Shown in pieces: positions 35,801-48,425 of a DNA stretch of 64,000 bases. The notes beneath the pieces were generated by a model. The model made no database searches and was not told the DNA's origin. It was given only the letters and a program-made list of their open reading frames with translations. Numbering within the stretch: the stretch's first letter is position 1; the number at the start of each line of letters is the position of its first letter. The translations under genes and the position numbers were made by a program. Origin of the DNA: Azolla caroliniana (lineage: Eukaryota; Plantae; Polypodiophyta); assembly GCA_043228905.1 (NCBI GenBank), contig JBHGNT010000022.1, positions 4,154,001-4,218,000 on the forward strand. Reading direction: 5' to 3'.

Positions 35801-37394
35801 TGTAAGGAATGGTCCTTTGATGCCGGATCCCTTTGTCAGATAGGTAATGTTTGAAGGCTCTGGAGGTTTATTCTCCTCCATTGTCGGATCCGATTTTCTT
35901 CACTTTGTGTCTCGACCGGTTCTCCATTTCTGATATCCACCGAGTGAATACCTCGAGCGCTTCATCTTTGGACCTAATCGAGTAGGACCAGACCTTCCGT
36001 GTACAGTCATCTACAAATGTGATGAAGTACGAGGAGCCTCCTGGTGATCGCTCTGGCATGGGCCCACATATATCTGTGTGCATGAGTTTTAGGGGTTGTC
36101 GTATCATCTCGTAGTGGAGAGAGTGCGAACTTTGGGTTTGTTTCCCATATCGACAATGCTCATAGAAGTCCGTCTTTGCTTGAAGCTTCGGGATGTAGCC
36201 TACCGCCATAAGCCGATCGAGTCTGGCTTGAGACATGTGTCCGAGTCAGCCATGCCATAGGTTTGGGTCAGTCGTTTTGGCTACATTCACTGCCCCTTCT
36301 GGATTGATCGCCATCATTGGGTACAAGTTGTTGTACTTGTTTCCACGACTGATCATCCAAACTGACTCACTTAGAGTCGTTCGGTACTCGTCTTCGGCCA
36401 ACTTGGTCGAGTGGTGGGCTTCTACCGATTCGTCGATGGTGTCCCATCGATTTTTGCCGAATGTCTTTTGTGAGGACTTGGTCTTTTCTAGAGTTAGGAT
36501 TGGTCGGCTATTGGCGTACATCGTGTAGAATACCTCCCAACTCGCCAACAAGCTTGATAGGAGGGCACGAGCTTTCACTTCTTCTTTGAAGTTGATTCCT
36601 CGTGAGGAGAGTTCTAACAACACTTGACTGAAGGTGTTGATGTGGGAGGTAGTTGGATCGGTCTCTGTCATCTTCATGTTGAACAATTGTTTGATCAAGA
36701 TTAGTTTTGAAGATAAAGACTTTTTCTCGTACACAGCTTGTGGCTTCTCCCATAGTGAGAAACTTGTTGTCTCTTTTGCCATGTTGAAGTAGGCATTTTT
36801 GGCTAGGTGAATCCGAATGATGGAGTGAGCGATTTCGTCCATAGATCTCCATTTTTCAGTTGTCATTGAGGCAGACTTTTCGTTGTGTCGAATAGCTTCT
36901 ACCTGTTTTCGAATAATCAGTACATCCTGCATCATCTCCTTCCATAGGGCAAAGTTTTTGCTGTTGAATTTTCGAAGCTCAACTCCTATGCTAGATTTTG
37001 ATGCCATGATTCTTTTGGAAGAGAGATTTACTAACCTGGTCTTTTCTTTTCAGCCTTTTTTTTTTGCTGTTAGACCTGTTGAACAATAGGTCGTTCTAAT
37101 GCTAGTTGGAGATCGAATATGAGCGAAAACGTATGTGTGAGGACCAGTCTTATGGCTCAGCAAACAACACAGAAGGAAGGCAAGAGAATAAACAAAGAAT
37201 GGACACATTCGTAGCTTTAATGGAAGCTTTGATATATTAAGTTCTCTCTCTCTCTCTCTCAAAGACACTGTAGAAGAACGACCAAGAAGCACCCCTTTAC
37301 AACGTTAGGTTATTGCTTATATACTAAGCCCTAACTCTTTGGACGAGTTCACACTAGAATACAAATTGGAAGGAGTCGTCCTTTTATGCCAACA
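32814..37394 (-). mobile_element. Ty1/copia (Tnt1/Tork-like) LTR retrotransposon, decayed, knuckle/protease region deleted
   Basis: LTRs 32814-33096 and 37107-37394; TSD ATTGC both sides; PPT ATGGGGGAG; degenerate PBS. gag KFNSKNFALWKEMM, INT HTDICGPM/FVDD/SDNGGE, RT LYADDML, RNaseH TKHIEVQYH. Confidence 0.93.
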
Positions 37395-38039
37395 ATTGCT
37401 ATTTTCCATTTTCTAAAATATAGTTTCGATTACCATAACTTCTATACAACATGCTACTATGAGAATCCGTAATCTAGAACAAGGTTACTTCATATACATA
37501 ATTTCACTATCTACCAATCACAATATTACCACACTTAGGACTAGTATAAGAACGTTGTTAACTAAAGGAAAGTTAAAAGTTAAGAGGGTCTAATATACAT
37601 TTATAACAATTATTCATTAATTACAAATATCGAGTACGACTGATATGCTACAAACGACAAATGCTTTAATTGTAATAAGATAAATGTAAGTGATGTTGTT
37701 ATGTACAAATTGTCATTGATTGGTGGATGAAACATTAATTGGAATATTACCCACCAAAAAATAAAATATTTCTCTGTTTCTTATATTAACCTAAATTGTG
37801 CTTTATATTTCTCAAAATTGCATACGTATATGTGCTTGGTCAAATAACGACTTGTTAACTTAGTATTAGAGATGAAATTAACTTCTTCTTTTTTCCAAAA
37901 AAATGCTACCCATTAGCTAGGAAGAAATACAAGAGGTATCATATGTACAAGGGCTAAGCCTCATATAGAGCTCCATGGCTTCGATTAACTCTAAAAACAT
38001 GAAGTCTAGAGTGATCCTTCTACAGTCCAGCAATGATGG

Positions 38040-41000
38040 GGGAATGTCACATGGGGGAGGCCTCGGTGAGAAGAGCCATTTCAAGGGGAGATAGCACCAT
38101 TGTATATTGCCGCCTTGAAATCATAGCATCGATGTTCCACTCCACTCCATTAGCGTTCCATCGGCGTGCCCTGGATGTTGAGTCCCTTTCACTGTGAATA
38201 TCTTCATATGACCCACGAAGGAAGGAGATGAGGTGATCTCATCCCAAAGTTCCATGATTATCTCTTTTGGCGGGATGGGTTTCCCTCAGAAGTGTCGAAT
38301 ACGGGTGTATAATGGCCGTATTCACACTGTCCCTTGGACAAACTAGGTCTAGGAAAATAATGTAAATATGTCAAAGGGTAGTTTCCCTAGCCCGATTGGT
38401 ATATAACTGGCTTTGTAACCTAGCTCAATTAGTTGTTGTCTCCATTCTATTGTAACTCTGAGTTCCAATAATACAGTTACATATTGTGTGCCATTCTCTA
38501 TCTCTCCTTCTCTCACTTTGTCCCTTTGATTTTGCTCTACCATGCTAACTTGGTGATCTTCTAAACATAGATGTTGTTCATGTTTCCACACTGACTCTCT
38601 CGAACTTCAACATCTGGTATCAGAGCGGGGTTATTCAACTCGTTTCTGGTCGTCATCTATTCTCAACAACATTCTTGCCCCTGTCTTCTTGAAGACCCTG
38701 AGTTCAAGATCTCATCTTGAGAAGAGAAAGACAACTAAAGTTTTGCGCTTTACTGAGCTAGATTACTTCTAAGGTAAGCCAACTGAATGTACCTTGCTTT
38801 TGTGATTGCGTCCACTCGGAGTGGAATCTCTATCAAATCGGCCTCGATCGTGCTCTATCAAGTTAGACGCTATCTACTTGTTTGTCGTAACCACTCAAAG
38901 CAGATCCAACCCTAGGAGCAACCTCATCTGTGCTTCACTCGGCTAGACAAAATTTAGGAAGAATAGTTTCAATATGTCCCTCCAATCGTCATAGTCATTG
39001 TAGCAAGATCAACCTGAAAAGAAGGCACATAATTTGTGATCACCTCTAAAATTGGTATTCAGAACCTGTTTGACATATAGTTGTGCTCAACTCAACTAAG
39101 AGATATTCGGGAAGACCAATCGGTTCCGTCCCTTCACTCATTGTAGCCACTTGGAGCAAACTCATCATCCAATAGGCATTCGAAATCCAATTGACAAACT
39201 CATGTCCAAATCTGGCTAGAACAAATTCGGGTGAGCTAGTCGGCTGCACCCTACCACTGCTCGTAGCCAACTCTAGACAGAATCTCCCAAGGCCAACAAA
39301 GATGGCATCAACATCCGGCTCATCAGAGATGAGTCTGAGGAAGTTTGATGGATCAAACTTCAACGTCTGGAAAGAGAAGATGCAGGACTATCTAATAGTC
39401 AAGGGTCAGATCTATCCAATCGAGACTGAAAACGCACTAGAAGGATACACGCCGAATCACTGGCAGAAGTTGGACAGAATTGTTCGCGCCACAATTTGAA
39501 TGCACTTGTCAGAGTCAGTGTACTTCACAGTGCAATTGTGTTCGACTCCCATTCAACTATGGAAGACACTCAGAAACACCTACGAAAAGAAGATTGTCAC
39601 CACAAAGATATATTTGATTCGGTGCCTCTACAATCTTCAGATGAAAGAATCTGACTCGGTCTAGGCACACCTCAACGAGTACGAGAGTGTAAGCTCCCAA
39701 ATTTCAGCTCAGGGGACGACAATCGAAGACAAATTAAAAGCAATGTTGCTCATGAGTAGTCTCCCCTCTTCTTGGGAAACGTTCTTCACAACTGTGTGCA
39801 ATGCGTCGACTGCAGTAGTAAAGCACTTGGTCGAATAAGAAGTTTTGCTTACGACTGAAGAGTCAAGCACTTGGCTCTTGGATTCGGGTGCTTCATATCA
39901 TGTGACCCCTCACAGATCCAAATTTCCGCAATATTCGACCCGACATTCCGACTCAGTTCGAGTCGGAAACTCGCAACACTATACTATAATTGGAATCGGC
40001 ACATCGCTCTACATTAGTACTACATAATGTCTGAAATGTACCTGAGCTCTCAAGACCTCTCATCTCAGTCGGACAATTGGATGAAGAGGACATCTGTGCC
40101 AACTTCTCATCAGGAGGGTGGACACTCCACAGAGGGAACCTCGTACTTGCTCGAGGTTCGAAAGTACATTCATTGAACCCGCCATACGTCACTTTTAGAG
40201 AGGGTGACTTGTTTTTGGTCAACGTTCTTGTGTCATCGTTATGGCACAGATGACTCAGACATCTTAGCAAGGCCGACATAACGCACTTATCCAGAGCCGA
40301 ATATATCCCCAAACTCTCCTTCTCTGACCATCATTTTTGCAAGCATTGTCAGTATGGCAAGCAAGCCACAACCTCACAAACAATGGCAACACCGAGAGAA
40401 TCGAGCCCACTCGATCTGGTTCACTCGGACGTCTGTGGTCCTATGCCACATCAATCTCTCGGTGGTGCCTTCTTTTTCTTTAGCTTCATTGACAACTCGA
40501 CCAAGAAGGTGTGGGCATATCCAGCCAGAACCAAAGATCGAATGTTCTTGATCTTCTAGGAATGGCTCGCCATGGTAGAGAACCAATCTGGTCGAAAATT
40601 GAAATGGATGAGGACCGACAATGGGGGATAGTTCAAATCTGCAGAATTCGTCAGATTTTCCCGACAATGCGGCATTAGACGAGAGTTAACAACTTTGCAT
40701 AGTTTAGAACAAAATGATGTTGCAAAATGCAAGAATCAGACAATTTAGGAGAAAATTGTCTCCATGATGCAACACATCGGACTATCAAATGGTTTCTAAG
40801 CTGAGGCACTAATAACTCCAATGCCCATAATCAATATGTCTGTGAGTAGGCAAGCGTCTAGGACTTCAAATCCCGTAGGAGCTTTGGTTCGGCTACAGGC
40901 CGAATTATGAGAAACTCGGATTTTTGGCTGCGAAGCATTCACACTTGTGCCTAAGGATGATTGCCGAAAACTTGTGCCATGATCTCAGAAATGTATTTTC

Positions 41001-43524
41001 CTTGGTTATGGATCAAAAGTCAAATTTGGGTACCAACTTTGGGACCCCGAAAACAGACAACTCGTCTGAAGCTAAGACGTCATTTTCAATGAGTCGGAAA
41101 TGTAGTGTACTTCGTTAGCTTCGATTCGCATGTTTAAACACCAAAATCCGATATCACACGAGCCATCTATGAACATCCGGCCGAAAGGCCAATTGAAGTC
41201 GGACGAGTCACCTATTCGGACACCTTGACTCCTCCGCATAGCCTAACACAACACACTAGAGCGGCAACAAGGCAAGCCACCTCTATAGGACAAGCCGAGT
41301 CAGAGAGCAACCTAAGTAGTGATCCACAGAGTGGATCGACTACTCAAGAGATGATCATCATTGATGATCCGATGAGCTCAATCATCCCATGAAGATCTGA
41401 ACGACTATCTCAGCCACCAGAGAGATACTCTCCCAGAATCTTCTTCACGGATGTCGATGAGCCCACATCATATGAGGAAGCATCGGCCTGTGTTGATTTG
41501 GCCACCTAGCACTTAGCAATGGAGTCGGAGATTAACCCCATCTAGCACAATAAAACATGGGACTTAGTTGAACTACTGAACAATCGGCGTGCTCTTCCGT
41601 GCAAATGGGTCTATTGACTCAAAGAGAACGTCAGATTCTGCATGTCCCAAGTATAAGGCCAGATTAGTTGCGAAGGGTTTCTGACAACAATATGGCATCG
41701 ACTTCGACGAAAGGTTTTCACATTTCGATTCCTACTCGGCATAGTGGAAGCCAAGGACTTGGAGCTTATTCATTTAGATGTGAATACAACCTTCCTCCAT
41801 GGTGACCTAGAGGAGGAGATTTACATGGAGCAGCCGAAATGCTTCGTTGCAGCCAACTAAGAGCATCTAGTTTGTTGACTCATGAAGAGTCTCTATGGCC
41901 CTAAAGTAGGCACCCAGGTAGTGGTATAAGCAGTTCGACAATTTTATCCAATCGGTCGGCTTCTGAAAGAGTGATGAGGATAACTGCCTCATCACAAAAG
42001 TAGTTCAAGATGGGTTTCCCATCTTCCTCATCTTATACGTGGATGACATGCTACTCTCTGGCCGGCATGTCATGCACTCAGCCAAATCTGCTTTGACCAC
42101 ACTCCGCATTAACCTTCGGCTGTCTCAATGAGATTGCCCGACATTCAGTACAGAGGGGGAAGATATTGGTCGCAACACGGCCTGACATTGCTCACGTCGT
42201 AGGAATCGTCAAAAAATTCATGAAAAATCCTAGCCGATCGCATTGGAAACTTAGTCAAACATGTATTCTGATACCTAGTGGGCACACAAGACCTTGGCAT
42301 CCTCTTCAGTCCAAACAATAACCCAGGGGTAGTCGGTTACACCGACTCAGATTTTGCCAGTTGTGTGGACAGTCAAAAGTCAACAACTAGATACTACTTC
42401 AAATTTGGCAATGGAAAGATTTTGTGGAAGTCAAAACTTTAGGAGTGCACGAACACTTCAACTACTCAGGCCGAATACATAGTTGTATCCGATGCAGCGA
42501 AAGAGGCTCTATGGCTAGGTCGATTGGCATGTCCGTTTCGACAAGCCAACCCCAATTCGGCTCTAGTTGTCTACAACGACAGTTTGGGTGTTGTCACTCT
42601 ATTGAAAAACCCAGTTCATCACAACGCTTCCAAGCATATTGATGTTCGATATCACTTTGTTCGGGACTATGTAACCTCAAGGAAGATCAGCCTCGAAAAG
42701 ATCCCCACAATGGACAACATATCAAACGGGATGACCAAGTGTCTCACAGCTCATCGATTTCGGTCATTTTGGCACCAGATGAGCTTAAGGAGTATTCAGT
42801 CTGATCGAGTCAGACAACTGAGATAGCTTTGAGCACTCAACCTTAGCAACTGAACCGGCTTCTACACTCGAACCAACCGATTCGGCCTTTGCTTCCTCTC
42901 AATAATCATTGATTCGGCTACAAGCCAATCTACTCAAGCATCTCTTTGTATAACCCGAACATCTTGTTTTATATTACAGGTTTCTCCATAGTGTATACGC
43001 CCATTACGAGGGAGTGTTGAATATGAGTGTATAATGACCATATTCACACTGTCCCTTAGACAGACTATTTTAGGACAATAATGTAAATATGTCAAAAGGC
43101 AATTGCCCTAGCCTAGTTGGTATATAACTAGCTTTGTAACCTAGCTCAATTAGTTGTTGTAGCTATTCTATTATAACTCTGAGTTCGAATAATACAGTTA
43201 CATATTGTGTGTCATTCTTCATCTTGCTCTAGCAAGCTAACTTGGTGATCTTCTAAACATAGATGATGTTCATGTTTCCGCACTAATTCTCTCAAACTTC
43301 AACAAGAAGATCCTACGGCAATAGTGCTTTCATATCTGCCATGTTGTTAGACTTGCATGTATGGTCCACACTGACTTCAGGTCTGTTGACTTTGTTTGTA
43401 GTCAAGATGGCGAATCAGTCATCCTAATAGTGTCTCGCTCCAATTGCATGAATGGGCATGATTCGTTGAATTGCGAAAACCATGATTCCTGGTCTGTCAT
43501 GAGCCATTGGGCCGCCACCCATGA
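38040..43524 (-). mobile_element. L1-type LINE 3' fragment (38040-38292 plus 43305-43524), host of the nest
   Basis: Joined across the copia, the minus strand reads VWTIHASLTTWQI*KHYCRRIF*GKPIPPKEIIMELWDEI...LRGSYEDIHSE...WCYLPLKWLFSP, homologous to the LINE C-terminus at 6579-7068 (IWMMVACLSIWHIW...LRGWYNSIYGE...WNYQAPRWLLPP). Confidence 0.72.
38293..43304 (+). mobile_element. Ty1/copia LTR retrotransposon, heavily decayed
   Basis: LTRs 38293-38612 and 43015-43304; TSD AGAAG; PBS TGGTATCAGAGC at 38615; PPT GAGGGAG. gag KFDGSNFNVWK, PR WLLDSGASYHV, RNaseH SKHIDVRYHFVRD. Confidence 0.94.
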
Positions 43525-46500
43525 TGTTACAGGCATGAGCATATAATATCACGTCGTGAGAATGTACCGTAGTATTCTATATACGTGGATAAATTGTGAT
43601 GGTTAAATGAGAGTGTAAAGAATGGGAGGAGTACTTAAATAATCTTCGGGATTGAGACAACCCATTAGGACAAGTGTGAATTTGCTTGGGGGACTTGGGT
43701 CTGGCTATAAATATGAGGCCTAGCTACCCTCATTTCATCATCTCTTGACTATGTCGAGACTCCGTCCTTGTGGTGGGTTAACTCTTGTAACAAGCATGCC
43801 AACACTAGGTACGACTCGACGCCACGACGGTGGTATGGGACGCCGATCGAGGCTCGAGTCCGTCTCAGAATAACAAAATTACCATTCAATGGCTCATAAT
43901 AACGACCCAACATGACATCCGGCCAAGCAGAAGGAATTCAAGGAAATCCTCCATTGAGTCGTATTTTTTACAAATACAAAATTTCCATAATTCTACCTTG
44001 CATGAGATGTCCGAACTACGACAATCTCAGAATACTCTCGAGGCACATGTCATTAGTATGCAACATGATCCTAATAGACCCAATCAATGTCAAGGTGAAC
44101 CATCATTTTTCGTAAAGCCATTTACAGAAGAAAAAAAGGAAAGAACTGAAGAAGTAATATGCACATGGTTGGGCCCATGGGAGTCTCATTTTGAGCTCTA
44201 TCCCAAGCCAGATAGTAAGAAGATTGCATATGTTGGTCAAGAACTAGGGGGTAAGGCCGTCGCCTGGTGGCGTAGGCTCCGCACTACAGGGAAATTGCCT
44301 GATACCTGGACAGACTTTGTCACAATTTTGAAGGGCCAATTTCTACAACCTCCATCTCGAACCGAGGCAGTACAAACGTTAATGAACCTCTCTACCCAGA
44401 AATTTTCCTCGCTACAAGACTATTTTCACCATGCTAGAACCCAAATCCAAAAATCAGGCCTAGATGGGGGACAATTGGTTGATAGCTTGTTTTTTCAATG
44501 GCATTCCCAATTCATACTATCACTAGATAGTGCACGATAAGGATCCCAAATCCTTCGAAGAGGCTTTTGAAATAGTTCTTCGCTATCAATGCAGTTCGAA
44601 GGACCATAACAAACCCAACGAAACACCTGGAACTAAGCAGTCACAATTCGCTGGGAAACGCAAGACACCCAACGAATTCATGGAACGTGATTGTAAGCGA
44701 CAACATCCTTTTTGCGAATTCTGCAAAAAGAAGGGACATACAAAAGAGCAATGTCGAAAGCTCCAATGGAAAGAGCACGACCACAAAACAAAAGTTGCTG
44801 ACCATAAAGGTCAGATTGCTTATGTCCTTCAGGTCTATACACACAAAAGAGGAACATACAAAAGAGCAATTCTGCAAAAAGAAGGGACATACAAAAGAGC
44901 AATGTCGAAAGCTCCAATGGAAAGAGCACGACCACAAAACAAAAGTTGCAGACCATAAAGATCAGATTTCTTATGTCCTTCAGGTCTATACACATCATTG
45001 AAGTAATTGAAAATGTACTTTCCCTCATTATGTATTGGGACCCAATGATTTATTTCGTGCGAATGGGTATATCAATGGATCTCCCGTACAATTTTTATTT
45101 GATTCGGGAAGCTCACACAACTTTGTGAATGGGAATCCAACCCACCTTAAGTGATCACACCTGTAAGGTGCACTTGGCTGATGGAAGAGTATAATACATC
45201 AACAAGGCGATTCATTCATTAGGAATTTCTATTGATACTTATATAGAGGAAGTAGACTTCCATGTAATGAATCTTTGTACCACTGATGTAATACTGGGTT
45301 ATCCCTAGTTTTATAATAAAACCTCTTCTTTGTCTATTGATTGGGTTCGCCATTCCATTTCCTTTGTACTGAACAATTGTACTCATTTTATTCAATGTGT
45401 AAATAAACTATCTCTTTCGATTGTTTCCGCTCCATCAATATCTGAGTTGTGTTGTTCTACTTTATTTTATTGTGTACTTGATCCGAACATTCACATTTAT
45501 AATATCGATAATGTCTCGGGTCAATTATCATATTTTGAATGTAACAACAACTCGATGAAATCTTTAATGATTTTCGTGATGTTTTCCGAGTGAACTACCA
45601 CATGGGTTACCTCCTAAACGTAATATAGACCATCTTATAGATGTTGTACCTGGTGTTGCACCAATAGTTATACCTCCTTATCGTTTAAGGCGATCGGAAG
45701 AGGACATTGAGGTATCTAAGCAACTCAAGGACTATTTACGAATGGGTTATATACGTTATAGTAAATCTCCATAAGGTGCACCTATTCTCTTGGTAAAAAA
45801 GAAAGAGGGCACATGGCATATGTGTATTAATTACCGACGCTTGAATAAAGTGACTATCAAGAATTCATATCCATTGCCCCAGGCTGGCGATCTAATTGAC
45901 CCTCTCTAGGGAGGTCGGTATTTTACAAAACTTGATCTAATTCGTATAAGTGAGGAAGATGTTCCTAAAACAGCTTTTCGTACACGCTATGGCTATTATG
46001 AGTTTTTCATCATGCCTTTCGACTTGACCAATGCTCTGGCCACATTTCCACAAGAACTGAATGACATTTTCCGAGAACAACTTGGAAATGGTTTTTGTTA
46101 TTTTCTTGGATCATATTCTAGTTTATAGCCGTACATTAGAAGAACATGCTAAACATGTCCGCTTTGTTTTACAAACATTGCGCAACAAACAGTTTTACGC
46201 GAAGATCTCAAAATGTGAGTTCTTCAAGAAATCAATTACTTATCTTGGACATCTCATAACTGAACGAGGAGTTGAAATTGATCCTTGTCACATCAATAAA
46301 GTCAAACTTTGGCCCACTCTTCAGAATATTCGAGAAGTTCGATCATTCCTTGGTTTTGTCGGGTTTTTGCGAAAATCTCTTCGTAATTATTCCCAATTGA
46401 TGACACCATGTACTGATCTTCTCAAATGTCAAATGCGTAAGTCTAAAAAACCTATTGTGTGGAATGCTACACTAGACCTCACCTTTAAGGAACTCAAGGA

Positions 46501-48425
46501 CCTGGTGTGCAAGGCTCCTTCGCTTCTTTTACCAAATCCTTCAAAACCTTTTCTGGTTGAAACCAACGCAAGTGATTATGCTATAGGTGTCATCCTTATC
46601 AAGATGGTAAACCAATAACATTTGAGAGTAAGAAACTTGATTCTGCTTAGTATCGGTATACCGTGCAAGAAAAGGAATTATTTGCAGTTATTCATGCGCT
46701 CAAGACATGGTGCCATTATCTTTATGGAAATTGTTTTGTGATAACTACAGACCACGAGTCCTTGAAATATTTTTGTGACCAAAAAGACTTCAAAGGTCTT
46801 AAGGCACGATAGGTTGATGTCATCCAGGACTTTGATTTTTCCATACGATATCGTAAAGGTTCCATGAACATTGTCGTTGATGCACTAAGTCGCATTCATG
46901 AAATTAACATGCTTAGTTTCACTGAAATAACATCATATCTTTATGATCACATTCGAGGAAAGTATCTTGATGATAGTTATTTTGCGAAATACTAGGCAAG
47001 AGTTGAGTCTGGAACAAACACCACCACCACATCCTCGAAGGAATACTTCCACAGTGCTAACGGTCTGCTCTACCATAATGGGAAGGTTTGTGTTCCAAAT
47101 TTGCCTAAGGTAAAAAAGAGAATTCTTTTTGAATGCCATGATGCACCCTCAGCAGGGCACCCTAGAATACATCGCACAATTGTTCTCATCTCCACTCAAT
47201 TCTATTAGCCTAAGATGGTTCCTGACATACATAGCTATGTGACTAAATGTCACCTGGAGTGTTAGGTTAACAAGGCTGAGCGACTTAAGGCCACTGGATT
47301 TTTACATCCCTTGGAAATTCCCAACTAAAAGGCCTTCCTCGCACCCAAAAAGGCCATGATGTCATTGGGGTTGTGGTTGATCAACTAACTAAAATGTCCA
47401 AATTTATTGCTACTAAAACCACAGTAATAGCTCCTGAATTGGCTTACCAATTCGTTGACAATTTATTTTGTTTTTATGGGTTACCAATGGATATCGTGAG
47501 TAATCAAGATCCAAAGTTTACTAGCGACTTTTGGACACAAGTGTTTAAGAAGTTAGAAACTACATTGAGCATGAGCTCCACGGATCATCCTCAATTTGAT
47601 GGACAGACAGAACAAGTAAATCAAATTATTGAGGACATGCTTCGTGCATATGGTGGTACAAAACCAACAAAATGGGAATGTTATCTCCCAATTTTGGAGT
47701 TTGCTTATAACAGCTCCAATTTAACATACATCGACGGGATATAGTCTTTTTATGTTGATGTATGGTTTTCAGCCACGAGCCCTGATTCATGTTAATATTC
47801 ATGATGAGTTGTGAAGTGAGCAAAACTTTCTTCGGGATATGCAAGATATGTTGCATATTGCACGAGGTAATATAAAAAACCAGCTCAAGATAGAGCGCGG
47901 TTTAATGATGATCATAATAGGCAACCTCCTGTATTCAACCCTAAACGGAAGGTATTTTTACGTGTACCTCACAATTCTAAGACATTGTCTATGGGTAAGT
48001 GTGATAAGTTAGCCCCACAGTTTTGTGGACCTTTTGTACAATCCTGAAACGCATTGGTTCATCAACGTATCGTCTTGCTCTTCCTCATGGCGTGGAAATC
48101 CATCCAATTTTTCATGTAAGTCGTCTAAAAGAACTTCTAGGTTTTGGTGACAATACAGTTACAACTGAAACTTTGGTTACTTTTGAAGAATTATATTCTA
48201 AACCACATGTACCAGAAAGAATTCTCGATGTTAAAACAAACAATTAGCGTTCTAAAATAATCTGAGAATTTAAAATTAAATGGATGGATAAATCTATCAA
48301 AGATGCCACATGGGAATGCAAAAATACTCTTATAACTAACTTCCCTAACTTTCCATTGCAAGAGTGCAATGTTTTAAAGAGGGGGAGTATGTTACGGGCA
48401 TGACTAGATAATATCTCATGGTGAG
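43525..48425 (+). mobile_element. Ty3/gypsy chromovirus (element A), decayed; 3' LTR interrupted
   Basis: 5' LTR from TGTTACAGGCATG (end probably 43875). PPT AAGAGGGGGAG then 3' LTR TGTTACGGGCATG at 48390, cut at 48425. gag AVAWW, CCHC, PR FDSGSSHNF, RT/RH, INT, HPIFHVSRLK, degenerate chromodomain PERILD...KW...DATWE. Confidence 0.9.

Noticed and set aside
43499-43897. 11-nt inverted match ATGAGCCATTG / CAATGGCTCAT as self-priming for element A
   Set aside because: One arm lies outside the LTR in the host LINE, so it is probably chance.
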